Part shown: one piece after another, positions 55,004 to 64,000 of the stretch
How positions within the stretch are numbered: the stretch's first letter is position 1
Layout: every line of letters begins with the position of its first letter
DNA from: Chloroflexota bacterium
GTDB taxonomy: Bacteria > Chloroflexota > Limnocylindria > Limnocylindrales > CSP1-4
NCBI GenBank assembly: GCA_045804645.1
Contig: JBJMMR010000047.1
Coordinates: 37,713 to 101,712, forward strand
DNA length: 64,000 bases
Reading direction: 5' to 3'
Notes under the pieces: generated by a model
Seen by the model: the letters and a program-made list of their open reading frames with translations, nothing else
Told to the model about the DNA's origin: nothing
Databases searched by the model: none
Translations under genes and position numbers: made by a program

Positions 55004-56116
55004 TCAGGCCGGGACCCTCGGGGTGATGGCGTTGACACGACGCTCGAACGTGGCGATCGCGGACCCTCCCGCGAGGGCGCCGATCTCGAGGTCGTACTCC
55101 CGCGTCTCACCAGGCGCCAGCTCCTGGAGCTCCCCGCGCTCGCGGGCGTCCCAGCGGCCCGCGTCCCGGTTGGTCGATGGCTCCATCGCCAGCGCGTAGG
55201 TGTCCTCGCCCATCATCCGCCACACGGTGTGGTGGGGGAGCTGGCTGATCTGGAACTCCTGATACACGCCGATGCCGAGTCCCTCATTGACGACCGCGAC
55301 CGGTGCCGCCCCAGCCCGATCGGGGACGAGCTCGTGCTCGAAGCATGCCTCGGTGAAGCCCGCGACCGGATCACTCAGCGTCGCGTAGCCCTCGATCGGG
55401 ACTCCGTAATCGGTCGTCGTCCGTGCCGACGGCACGAGCAACCGCGAGCCGCGATCGACGATCGGGAAGCCGACATTGCAGTGGTACAGGAACATATGGC
55501 TGGTCGGGTGGTGGCCGACGTTCTCGACCACGTCATGGATCGTGAACCGGCTCTCACCAACGCGCGCCTCGATCCGCCGTCGTAGCGTGAGATGCTCGCC
55601 GAAGATCGCCGACTGGAGTACCTCCCCCTCGGCCCACAAGACGCATTCGTCGCCGTCCCACCGCTCGCCGTAGCCGACGAGGCGCGCGGGCAGACCGCCG
55701 ATCCGCCCGTGGAGCCCGAACGACTGCTTCGTGCGGATGTGTGGCTGATGGAAGTCCTCGGCGGAGTCCTCGCCCGGCCCCAATGTGTGGTCGAGCCCGC
55801 AGGTCACGACCATGCCCCCGCCCCAGGCGCGGAACCAGCCCCACGCGTCGTTCTCATAGAACCATGGCGCGACCGTGCCCGGATTGGCGATCCAGGCAAG
55901 CGAGGTCCCGCCAAGCTCGCAGCGTCCGATATCGAAGGCCCGGTCGACCACGACATCGAAGGCGAAGCCCGTGCCGGTCCGGAACTCCAACAACCGGACG
56001 CCGCGACCGAGGCCGTCGCCCAGCGTGACGAGTCGGACGCCGGCGACCTGGTCGAGCCGGCCGACGCGGCGAAGGAGCTCGGTGCGCCCGAGCTGACGAC
56101 CGAAGAGGGCGGGCAT
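55004..56116 (-). CDS. aldose 1-epimerase family protein (DUF4432-like)
   Basis: 370 aa with a mutarotase-like beta-sandwich pattern (GLHGRIGGLPA, HMFLYHCNVGFP, ALAMEPSTN). Confidence 0.75.
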   Translation of the reverse strand: MPALFGRQLGRTELLRRVGRLDQVAGVRLVTLGDGLGRGVRLLEFRTGTGFAFDVVVDRAFDIGRCELGGTSLAWIANPGTVAPWFYENDAWGWFRAWGGGMVVTCGLDHTLGPGEDSAEDFHQPHIRTKQSFGLHGRIGGLPARLVGYGERWDGDECVLWAEGEVLQSAIFGEHLTLRRRIEARVGESRFTIHDVVENVGHHPTSHMFLYHCNVGFPIVDRGSRLLVPSARTTTDYGVPIEGYATLSDPVAGFTEACFEHELVPDRAGAAPVAVVNEGLGIGVYQEFQISQLPHHTVWRMMGEDTYALAMEPSTNRDAGRWDARERGELQELAPGETREYDLEIGALAGGSAIATFERRVNAITPRVPA

Positions 56117-56220
56117 GGCATGCCTCTGTCTTTCCCCTCGACTGATCGACGGAGTCGAGCGACCCCGCCCCGGGCGGAGGGACGGCCCGGGGCGGAGCGT
56201 GATGGGTCAGCGCGGAGCGC

Positions 56221-57786
56221 TCACCACTCGCCCTTGAGGGCCTCGAGCTCCTCGGACGTGGCGGGTCGCTCGGAGGCGCCATCGGCGGCAGCCTGCATCC
56301 AGTCGGTGTGACCCGACGAGCGCAGGTAGGCCACGAGGATCAACCCGATGATGAACCACACCCCCACGAAGACGACCGGGATGTTGAACGGCGCCGGAGG
56401 CAGCGTCCACTTGTCCGGCTGGAACTCCAGGTTGGGCCCGAAGAAGTTGAGTGAGAACAGCAGGACGACGAGCATGCCGAAGGTCGACAGGATCGGGAAC
56501 AGGCCGTGGAGGATCCAGCTGAACTCGGCCTTGCGCTCCCGTCGATACAGCATGTAGGCGGCGATGTTGCCCATCGTGTAGATGATCAACACGACGTACC
56601 CGATCAGGTAGCCATCGATGTAGTACTGGTTCTGGTAGATGGTGTCGAGCGGGACGGACGTCTGCCCCTCGGGGACCGGGGTGAACAGCGCGGCGACAAG
56701 GCAGAAGATGACGATCGTCGCGAGGGCCAGGACCCACTGGGCGACGATCGCGTTGACCGGGGTCTTGCGTTCGGGATGGACCTTGCCGAACCACCTCGGG
56801 AAGGCGCCGTCAGCGCCCATCCGGTAGTACATCCTGGTCCCCACGTTCGCGCAGGCGATCGAAACTGCGATCACGGAGCTGATCAGCATGATCAGCAGGA
56901 TCCCCCAGGCGCCGCCCCAGAATTGCTTCGCCAGGGCGATCCCGGGCAGCTCGGGCGACTTCGGGATTTCGGCAAACCGGTCCGTCCCCCATCCGACCAT
57001 CACGCCCCACTGGACGATGACGATGAAGATCCCGAACAAGATCACCGAGCCGATGAGGGCCCGAGGCACGTTCGTGGTCGGGTTCTCGGACTCCTCGGCC
57101 ATCGGCGCCGCGCCCTCCCAGCCGGTGAAGGCCTGGATGGCGAAGACGGCGGCGATGAACAGGCCGGCGGTGCTCGAGGCGTTGCCCGGGTTGAAGGGTT
57201 CGAAGTTGAGCCCGCCGGGACCCGGATTCGCCAGCCCCCACAGGCCGAGCAGGGAGACGACGATGAGCTCGATCCCGCCGGTGATGATCAGGGTCTTGCC
57301 GGAGAGCTGGACCCCGAGGTACTGGATGATCGCCACGATCGAGACGATCACGACGCCGAAGATGATCGGGAACCAGTCTCGAAGGGGGCCGCTCCACTCG
57401 AGCGAGCTCGCGAGGACCCACCCGCCGAATACCGTCACCGCGCCCAGGACGAGCGGGGCGAAGATGATGTTGAGCCATGACACGAGGAAGCCCGCTGATG
57501 GGTTGATCCCCCGTGAGACGTAGTTGTAGTAGCCGCCGGCTCCCGGCACAGCGCGCGCCAGCTGCGCCAGTACGATCGCGGTCAGCAACACGATGATGAA
57601 CGCGATGGGGTAGGCCAGCGGCGCAGCAAGACCGGTCTGGCCGACCACCACCGGTGTATAGAACAGGGCCGCGATGCCCGGGGCGACCATCGTCAAGCTC
57701 TGCATGAAGATCGATGGCAGCCGGAGGGCCCCCGGCCTCAGATTGGTTTCGGCGACCGTGCTCCCGGCCGCGGTTTGAGCACTCAT
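56221..57786 (-). CDS. APC-family permease
   Basis: 12 TM segments with APC motifs (PGAGGYYNYV, FTGWEGAAPMAEE). The ATG follows GGTGAGGAG. It is a paralog of the gene at 20950. Confidence 0.85.
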   Translation of the reverse strand: MSAQTAAGSTVAETNLRPGALRLPSIFMQSLTMVAPGIAALFYTPVVVGQTGLAAPLAYPIAFIIVLLTAIVLAQLARAVPGAGGYYNYVSRGINPSAGFLVSWLNIIFAPLVLGAVTVFGGWVLASSLEWSGPLRDWFPIIFGVVIVSIVAIIQYLGVQLSGKTLIITGGIELIVVSLLGLWGLANPGPGGLNFEPFNPGNASSTAGLFIAAVFAIQAFTGWEGAAPMAEESENPTTNVPRALIGSVILFGIFIVIVQWGVMVGWGTDRFAEIPKSPELPGIALAKQFWGGAWGILLIMLISSVIAVSIACANVGTRMYYRMGADGAFPRWFGKVHPERKTPVNAIVAQWVLALATIVIFCLVAALFTPVPEGQTSVPLDTIYQNQYYIDGYLIGYVVLIIYTMGNIAAYMLYRRERKAEFSWILHGLFPILSTFGMLVVLLFSLNFFGPNLEFQPDKWTLPPAPFNIPVVFVGVWFIIGLILVAYLRSSGHTDWMQAAADGASERPATSEELEALKGEW

Positions 57787-57944
57787 GTATCGCTCCTCAC
57801 CTACCGGATCGGTTGAACGTCGGGGAACGTGCAGGGTCACTGGTCATCCGTTGTGCTTCCCTCCCTCCCCCTTTGGCGATGTACAAGGCGTCGGCTTGCC
57901 CTCGCTCGTTTATCCGTCGTCGCTTCTTCCGATGGCTCCCTCCC

Positions 57945-58925
57945 TCAGAAGATCGCGATCGGGTTCCACGGCGAGCCGGTCCCGCCAGGTAGGCGGAGCG
58001 GCAGGCCGACGACCATGAATTCCCAGCGGCCCTCTTCCTCGCAGGCCGTGGCCAGGTCCTCGAATTGGAGGCTGTCGGCGGCGAGCATCCCCATCGCCGC
58101 GATCTGGAGCGGGTGGATCGGATAGAGCATCCCCTCGACCGTGCTCGGCACGGCTTCGCCGTCCCCGTCCGGGAGGAACGCGGCGATGCGCCGTTCGTGC
58201 ATCCACGGGACGGTGTCGACGTGGAGACCGGCCTTCCCCTCGCCGCCGGGCGGGTAACCGTTGTCCCAAGCGCCGACCTCCAGCCGGCGGCGGTGATGCC
58301 CCGTGCGGTACACGAAGATGTCGCCCTCGCCGATCGACACGCCCTGGGCCGCCTCGCATGCCTCCAGCTCGGCGCGTGTGACGGCCTCGCCGGGCTCGAG
58401 CCACTTGACTCCGCGGAACCGCGGCAGATCGAGCAGCACGCCGCGACCCACAAGGCCCTGTCCGACATTGGTGATGTCAAGGGTGGCCGCGCCCTTCGAG
58501 GTCAACACCTCCTGGGCAGGCTTGCCGTTGTAGACCTGGCCCTTGTACGAGACGTGGCACAACGCATCCACGTGCGTGTGGCAATCCCCGTGGCACGCCA
58601 TCCCTAGGAAGTCGAGCCCGAAGCGCAGACCGCTCGAGCCGATGTCGATGTCGTGCGCCTGGCTGACAAAGTGGATCGCCGGGTTCGGGTTGTCCGGGCC
58701 GGCAACCGTGTTGAGCGGGATCTCCATGGATACGCGCCGACCCGAGCGAACCAGGCCGGCGGCTTCGCGAACCCTCTCAGGGGTGATGTAGTTGAGTGTC
58801 CCGAGTTGGTCGTCCGGACCCCAGCGACCCCAGTTCTTGACGGATTCGAAGATGGCATCGAAATCGGCCATCGACACCTTCGGCGGTGCCGTCGTCGCCG
58901 TGATCGTCGCGGTCTCGCCCTTCAT
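57945..58925 (-). CDS. cyclase family protein (kynurenine formamidase-like fold)
   Basis: WGRWGPDDQLGTLN and the HxDALCH-type metal site (CHTHVDALCHV). Confidence 0.85.
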   Translation of the reverse strand: MKGETATITATTAPPKVSMADFDAIFESVKNWGRWGPDDQLGTLNYITPERVREAAGLVRSGRRVSMEIPLNTVAGPDNPNPAIHFVSQAHDIDIGSSGLRFGLDFLGMACHGDCHTHVDALCHVSYKGQVYNGKPAQEVLTSKGAATLDITNVGQGLVGRGVLLDLPRFRGVKWLEPGEAVTRAELEACEAAQGVSIGEGDIFVYRTGHHRRRLEVGAWDNGYPPGGEGKAGLHVDTVPWMHERRIAAFLPDGDGEAVPSTVEGMLYPIHPLQIAAMGMLAADSLQFEDLATACEEEGRWEFMVVGLPLRLPGGTGSPWNPIAIF

Positions 58926-59731
58926 CGGACGCCTCCGGGCACGAGCGGCGCATCGAGGACGCCAGGCACCGGCAGCCCGACCGAGTAGGCCCCGTCGACG
59001 ACCATCAGGGCGCCCGACATGAACGAGGCGTCATCCGAGCACATGAACAGGATCGGCCGCGCCATCTCGACCGGTTCGGCGAAGCGGCCCATCGGCGTCC
59101 GGTCGAGGAAGACCTTCGACTGGACGGGGTCGTTGATCACGAACCACGACAGGCGGGTGTTGATGATGCCCGGCGCGATCCCGTTGACCCGGATCCCGTA
59201 CTTGCCGAGCTCCATCGCGGCTGTGTGCATCACCGCCACCTGGCCCGACTTGCTCGTGTTGTAGAAGACGCCCTCTTGCTCGGGCTGATACGCGTTGGTC
59301 GAGGAGACCACGACCATCGCGCCGCCATGGCCCTCCTTCACCATCTGCCGGGCGCCCTCCTGGAGCGCCAGCCAGGTGCCCTTGAGGTCGATGCCGATCT
59401 GCTGATCCCACGACTCGTCCGTCCCATCGAGGAACGGGACGAAGTCAGCGATGCCCGCGTTGGCGACCATGTAGTCGTGCCGACCGAACGTCTCGGAGCA
59501 TGTCTGCACTGCCCGCTGCACGTCGGCGCGCTTCGAAACGTCGCCGACCACGACCTCGCACCGGCCACCCTTCTCGCGGATCCCCGCCGCTGCGTCCTCG
59601 AGGACGTCGGCGTGCCATCCGAACAGGACCACGCCCGCACCCTCTTCCGCGAACTGCTCCGCGGTGGCACGGCCGATACCACGGCCCGCGCCCGTGACGA
59701 CCGCCCCCTTGCCTTCGAACCGTCTCTCCAT
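58922..59731 (-). CDS. SDR-family oxidoreductase
   Basis: TGAGRGIG cofactor motif, NAG, and the YNTSK catalytic motif. ATGA overlap with the downstream cyclase gene. Confidence 0.9.
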   Translation of the reverse strand: MERRFEGKGAVVTGAGRGIGRATAEQFAEEGAGVVLFGWHADVLEDAAAGIREKGGRCEVVVGDVSKRADVQRAVQTCSETFGRHDYMVANAGIADFVPFLDGTDESWDQQIGIDLKGTWLALQEGARQMVKEGHGGAMVVVSSTNAYQPEQEGVFYNTSKSGQVAVMHTAAMELGKYGIRVNGIAPGIINTRLSWFVINDPVQSKVFLDRTPMGRFAEPVEMARPILFMCSDDASFMSGALMVVDGAYSVGLPVPGVLDAPLVPGGVR

Positions 59732-59773
59732 CTCAAGACCTCCGATCGCGTGCCCTTTCGAGCTGTGGGGCGG

Positions 59774-60934
59774 TCAGGCCTGCACCAGCCCGTGATGGCC
59801 GGGCCCGCGCGGGATGACCGGCCAGATGTCGACGACCACGTCGTCCTCGACGATGTGGAAGGCGTCGTACCAGTTGACGGTCGACGGGGAGTAACCCGGG
59901 ACGAGCGCCACCGTGTCCCCGAACTTCAGCGCCGTCCCGCCGCTCGCATCGAAGATCCCGTGCTCCTCGTCGAACCGGAACGCTGGCAACGGATGGCCGA
60001 CGATGCTGGCGAGATCGCCGGCACCCATCGACTTGTTGCCCGCATCGACGACCACCCGGTCGGGCCGACGACTGATGACAGTGGCCTGGACCGTGAGCGA
60101 GTGCTCGAAGCCGCCGACCATGCGGCCGTGGAAGTTGTCCATCACGGCATATGTGCCGGCCTGGATCTCGGTGATCCCGGGGTGGGCGGCGGTCCAATCC
60201 CAGGTCGCCGTCCCGCCGGCCGACCTGATCGGCACCGGCAGTCCGGCCGCCTCGAGACGCTCCGCGACCTCGACGAAGTAGCCCATGGCCGTCTGTTCCT
60301 TGGCAAGCCGCTGATCGTGGTCTGGCGTCAGCGAGCAGTGCCCCTCGTACCCGGTGATGCCGACGAGCCTGAGGCCCGCCGCATCCGTCACGAGCCTGGC
60401 CACCGAGACGGCCTCCTCCGGGCTGTCCACACCGCACCGGTCCATGCCGGTGTCGACCTCGACGAAGACGCCAACCTCCGAACCCGCGGCGAGCGCAGCC
60501 TGGGACAACGCCTCGACGCCGATCGGGTCGTCGACCGCGACCATGATGTCGGCCTGGCGAGCGAGCTCAGCGAGGGCCCGCAGCTTCGCGGGTCCGGCCA
60601 CGGTATTGACGACGAAGATGTGGTCAAGTCCCGACCGAACGAGGACGATCGCCTCCCAGACCGTGGCAACGGACAACCCGATGGCACCCGCTTCGACCTG
60701 GAGCCGCGAAATCTCGGGGCTCTTGTGCACCTTGATGTGCGGCCGAATGTCCGCCGGCAGTTCGGCCATGGCGTCAGCCATCCGCCTGATGTTGCGTTTC
60801 GCTGCCGGCAGGTCAAGGACCAGTGCCGGGGTCGCGAGATCGCCCCGGTGCCGCCCGACCGCGCCGCCGTATTCGCGCCGGACGCGGTCGTAGGTATCCG
60901 CCAGGACCGGCGGCGGATCGAGGATGTCGGTCAT
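59774..60934 (-). CDS. fold-type III PLP enzyme, DSD1/D-threonine aldolase/D-serine dehydratase-like
   Basis: Alanine-racemase-N-type barrel with the PLP lysine context (RPHIKVHKSPE) and a C-terminal D-serine-dehydratase-like domain. Confidence 0.8.
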   Translation of the reverse strand: MTDILDPPPVLADTYDRVRREYGGAVGRHRGDLATPALVLDLPAAKRNIRRMADAMAELPADIRPHIKVHKSPEISRLQVEAGAIGLSVATVWEAIVLVRSGLDHIFVVNTVAGPAKLRALAELARQADIMVAVDDPIGVEALSQAALAAGSEVGVFVEVDTGMDRCGVDSPEEAVSVARLVTDAAGLRLVGITGYEGHCSLTPDHDQRLAKEQTAMGYFVEVAERLEAAGLPVPIRSAGGTATWDWTAAHPGITEIQAGTYAVMDNFHGRMVGGFEHSLTVQATVISRRPDRVVVDAGNKSMGAGDLASIVGHPLPAFRFDEEHGIFDASGGTALKFGDTVALVPGYSPSTVNWYDAFHIVEDDVVVDIWPVIPRGPGHHGLVQA

Positions 60935-60950
60935 CTCGTAGCTCCCTCTT

Positions 60951-61700
60951 TCATGCCGTGGTCAGGGCCGGGCGCGCCGCTCGGACGAGATCGAGCATGG
61001 CGGTCGCGTTCTCGGCCGCGGCCCGACCATCGAAGATCGCGGTGCCGGAGACGATGAGGTCCACGCCCATCGCCGCGATCCGGCCGACGTTCTCGCGCGT
61101 GACGCCGCCATCGACGCCGAGGAGGATCGGTCGACCCGAAGCTTCGATCAAGGATCGGAGTCGCTCAAGGCGACGTTCGGTGGACGGGATGAACGTCTGG
61201 CCACCCCAGCCTGGGTCGACCGCCAGGGCCAGGACGAGCTCCAGGTCGTCGAGCAGCGGCTCGACGACCTCGAGCGGGGTGCTCGGGTTCAGCGCGACGC
61301 CGCGCACGACCCCACGCCCGGGGTCGTTGGCGTTCACCGCGTCGCCAAGGACGCGAAGAACGCGGTGTGGCTGCAGGGCAGCCTCGACGTGGAACGTGAC
61401 GATGTCCGCCCCCGCTGCCACGAAAGCGTCGACCTTCGAGAGCGGGTCGTCGATCATCAGGTGGGCATCCTTGAGCAGAGGCGACCGGATGGCGCTGACG
61501 ACCGGCGGACCCACGGTGAGCAGCGGGCAGAAGACGCCGTCCATCACGTCGATGTGGACGAGTTCGACGCCCGCCGACCCCAGCACCGCGATCTCGTCGG
61601 CGAGGTGCCCGAGGTCAGCCGTCATGAGCCCTGCGGTCAGGCGCGGACCGCCCGACAACAGGTGGTCGAAGGCGCGGCCGGCGATAGGCACGGTCGTCAC
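60951..61700 (-). CDS. ribulose-phosphate 3-epimerase family protein
   Basis: [15 protein letters not shown] and VDGGV motifs. The GTG start overlaps the upstream stop (GTGA). Confidence 0.85.
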   Translation of the reverse strand: MTTVPIAGRAFDHLLSGGPRLTAGLMTADLGHLADEIAVLGSAGVELVHIDVMDGVFCPLLTVGPPVVSAIRSPLLKDAHLMIDDPLSKVDAFVAAGADIVTFHVEAALQPHRVLRVLGDAVNANDPGRGVVRGVALNPSTPLEVVEPLLDDLELVLALAVDPGWGGQTFIPSTERRLERLRSLIEASGRPILLGVDGGVTRENVGRIAAMGVDLIVSGTAIFDGRAAAENATAMLDLVRAARPALTTA

Positions 61701-62599
61701 CCGACGGCCTCACTCGAGCGGGTGAACTCGCTCTGTAGCGCGCGGAACGAGTCGTAGGCCTCCTCGGCACTGACGCCGTCGTGGACGACGCGCCGTACCG
61801 CCTGGAGCATCGCGATCGGGGCATCGCTCTGGAAGATGTTCCGTCCCATGTCGACGCCCGCGGCACCGGCATCGATCGCCCGGCGAGCCATCGTCAGCGC
61901 GTCGAACTCGGCGAGCTTCTTGCCGCCAGCCATGACGACCGGCACCGGACAGCCGGAGGTGACACGCTCGAAGCCCTCGTCGCAGTGATACGTCTTCACG
62001 ATCTGTGCGCCCAGCTCTGCGCAGATCCGGGTCGCCAAGCCGAGGTAACGCGCATCGCGGACCAGCTGCTTGCCCACGGCTGTGACACCGAGGACCGGGA
62101 TGCCACGGCGATAGCCCTCGTCGACGAGCCGGGTCATGTTGTGGACCGACTGCGTCTCGAATTCGCCGCCGATGAAGACCTGGACCGCCATCGCCGAGGC
62201 GCCGAGCCGGACGGCGTCATCGACATCGAGCGCGAGCTGTTCATTCGACAGCTCCTTGAGGATGCTCGGTCCACCGCTCGCGCGGACGACCAATCCGGGC
62301 GTCATCGTCGGCGGGATGACCGAGCGGAGGATGCCGCGGGTGACCATCAACGCGTCGGCGTAGGGGATCAGCGGGAGGATCCCGATGTCCACGCGCTCGA
62401 GGCCAGTGGTCGGCCCCTGGAAGTAGCCGTGGTCGATGGCCAGCATGACCGTGCGGCCGCTGTCCGGCCGGAAGATCCGCGCCAGCCGATGCTGCATCCC
62501 CCAGTCATAGGCGGCCGAGCCCTTCAGGAAGAACGGTTGCGCCCGTTGTGGCACGTCCTCGTGGAATTGCTTACGGACGACGTCGTCGGCTTCAGGCAT
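61697..62599 (-). CDS. class I aldolase of the DeoC/FbaB family, LsrF-like
   Basis: Resembles LsrF (3-hydroxy-5-phosphonooxypentane-2,4-dione thiolase) and FbaB proteins ([24 protein letters not shown]). Confidence 0.75.
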   Translation of the reverse strand: MPEADDVVRKQFHEDVPQRAQPFFLKGSAAYDWGMQHRLARIFRPDSGRTVMLAIDHGYFQGPTTGLERVDIGILPLIPYADALMVTRGILRSVIPPTMTPGLVVRASGGPSILKELSNEQLALDVDDAVRLGASAMAVQVFIGGEFETQSVHNMTRLVDEGYRRGIPVLGVTAVGKQLVRDARYLGLATRICAELGAQIVKTYHCDEGFERVTSGCPVPVVMAGGKKLAEFDALTMARRAIDAGAAGVDMGRNIFQSDAPIAMLQAVRRVVHDGVSAEEAYDSFRALQSEFTRSSEAVG

Positions 62600-62631
62600 C
62601 AGCTCGCCTCTGCATCAGTCGGGTTCATCTC

Positions 62632-64000
62632 TCATGCCCCCGCCGGCCACCACATGGGTTTGAGCAGCCCCTCTTCCGCGAGTGAGAGCTGGCGGGGATA
62701 GAGCTTCGTCCAGCGATCGAAGTGCTCTTCATAGATGGCGCAGTCGCGCGGATCCGGCGAATAGATCTGCTCGAAGCGGACGAGCCGTCCGACCACTTCG
62801 CCCAGGTCGTCGTAGATGCCCGTGCCGATGCCGGCGTAGATCGCCGCGCCTAGGGCCGTCGACTCTTTGACCTCGGGGACCCGAACCTGCACACCTAAGA
62901 CGTCGGCGACGATCTGCGGCCAGAGGCGACCCTTGGCGGCACCCCCGGTGAACAGGACCTCGCCGTGTGACCGCCCCGTGAGCTCCTGGATGATCGCGAG
63001 GTGCCCGCGCGAGGCATAGGCCGCCTGTTCCTCGAGCGCCCGGATGCATGCCCGCCGGTTGGATGCCTCGGGACGGTCGAGGTCGAAACCGACGAACCCC
63101 GGTGGCGCCTGGACCCAGCGCTTGACGTCCATGACGTTCGAGAACAGTGCGACGATGCCGTTCGAGCCGGCAGGGATCGTCGCGGCCGCCTCCTCCATCA
63201 CGGAGTAGGCGTCTACGCCGCGACGCGCCGCCTCGGCGACTTCGACCTCGCAGAATGCATCCCGATACCAGCGCATCGCGATACCGCAGTAGAAGCCGAT
63301 GCCTTCGGTCATCCACTGACCGGGCACGGTGTGACACAAGGTCCGGACGCGAGCCTCGGGATCGATGATCGGTCGGTCGGTGACCGCCGTCAGCTGCCAG
63401 AAGCTGCCTCCGACCAAGGTCAAGTGGTCCGGATTGACGACGCCGATCCCGACGAGCCCCAGCTGCGTATCGGCGCCGCCGACGACGACCGGCGTCCCCA
63501 TCGCCAGGCCCGTCTCCTCCGCCGCGCGCGCCGTCAGCGGCCCGACCACGCTCCCAGGTTCGAGGACCTCGGGCACGACAGCCGGCGACAGGCCGACGAG
63601 GTCAAGTAGCTCCGACGACCATGTCCGTCTGGTCAGGTCGAAGAGGCCGGAGCTCGAACCCGAACTCGGGTCGGTCACGAATCGGCCGGTGAGTCGATAT
63701 AGGGCCCAGTCGCTGAGCATCCCGACGTGCTGGATCGCATCGAAGACCTCGGGCTCCACCTCGCGGATCCAACGGAACCGCGCGGGCGACGTGATCGAGA
63801 CCCAATCGCCACCGATCTCGAAGATGCGCCGCGCATCACCGTTGCGGACGAGCTCCGTCGCCTGGCTCGAGGCCCGCGAATCGACGTTCGGGCAGGCCCA
63901 GATCTCATCCCCGGCCGCGTCGTATAGGACCATCCCCTCGCGCATGCTCGTCGTCGCGACAGCGGCAACATCCTGCGCCGCGACCGACGCCCGGTCGAGT
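62632..64000 (-). CDS. FGGY-family carbohydrate kinase, LsrK-like (5-prime end outside the window)
   Basis: FGGY N- and C-domain motifs (GGADTQLG, FTGGAAKG). The frame stays open and FGGY-like (AVATTSMREGMVLYD) through 64000, so the track start at 63945 is internal. Confidence 0.85.
   Translation of the reverse strand, partial: LDRASVAAQDVAAVATTSMREGMVLYDAAGDEIWACPNVDSRASSQATELVRNGDARRIFEIGGDWVSITSPARFRWIREVEPEVFDAIQHVGMLSDWALYRLTGRFVTDPSSGSSSGLFDLTRRTWSSELLDLVGLSPAVVPEVLEPGSVVGPLTARAAEETGLAMGTPVVVGGADTQLGLVGIGVVNPDHLTLVGGSFWQLTAVTDRPIIDPEARVRTLCHTVPGQWMTEGIGFYCGIAMRWYRDAFCEVEVAEAARRGVDAYSVMEEAAATIPAGSNGIVALFSNVMDVKRWVQAPPGFVGFDLDRPEASNRRACIRALEEQAAYASRGHLAIIQELTGRSHGEVLFTGGAAKGRLWPQIVADVLGVQVRVPEVKESTALGAAIYAGIGTGIYDDLGEVVGRLVRFEQIYSPDPRDCAIYEEHFDRWTKLYPRQLSLAEEGLLKPMWWPAGA

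Noticed and set aside
61697-64000. A canonical AI-2 (lsr) quorum-sensing uptake and processing locus.
   Set aside because: LsrACDB, LsrG and LsrR equivalents are absent from the visible part. The kinase/aldolase pair sits among unrelated catabolic enzymes, so only family-level similarity is claimed.

Overview
Very GC-rich, gene-dense chromosomal segment with an actinobacterial character: F420/LLM and deazaflavin-type enzymes, an orphan MsiK/UgpC-like sugar-ABC ATPase, ResC/CcsB, GlgC and Pgm, and many ATGA/GTGA start-stop overlaps. I call about 60 protein genes and one tRNA-His(GTG). I see no rRNA, CRISPR array, transposase, integrase or phage genes. Most long alternative-frame ORFs in the track are Arg/Pro-rich shadows of real genes. 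Gene content, left to right: BioY; a DUF6766-like/molybdopterin oxidoreductase/HPP-fusion operon followed by a RES toxin gene; alpha-glucan genes (GH31, F420 G6PDH-family oxidoreductase, GH65, GT4, Pgm, GlgC); amide and amino-acid genes (APC permease, formamidase, MBL); NAD/nucleotide salvage (NUDIX, NAPRT, adenosine deaminase); envelope proteases (M1-like, M23, A24, PepA); CcsB plus an ABC-2 exporter; an FtsH-like operon; and a long minus-strand carbohydrate/amino-sugar-like catabolic cluster that ends in LsrF-like and LsrK-like genes, the last cut by the window edge. The most unusual items are these: (1) a translationally coupled operon of two paralogous single-pass membrane proteins plus a divergent FtsH-like protease without an ectodomain; (2) a nitrate-reductase-like Mo enzyme lacking the fourth Fe-S cysteine, coupled to an HPP fusion protein and to an intact RES toxin with no Xre/DUF2384 antitoxin; (3) three genes whose conserved N-termini have no ATG/GTG/TTG start but each have an in-frame, SD-preceded CTG, two of them in CTGA overlaps; (4) several short tandem or dispersed repeat families; (5) a 357-nt structured leader upstream of an M23 peptidase gene that may be a c-di-AMP riboswitch. 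All functional calls come from motif recognition by eye. No database search was run.
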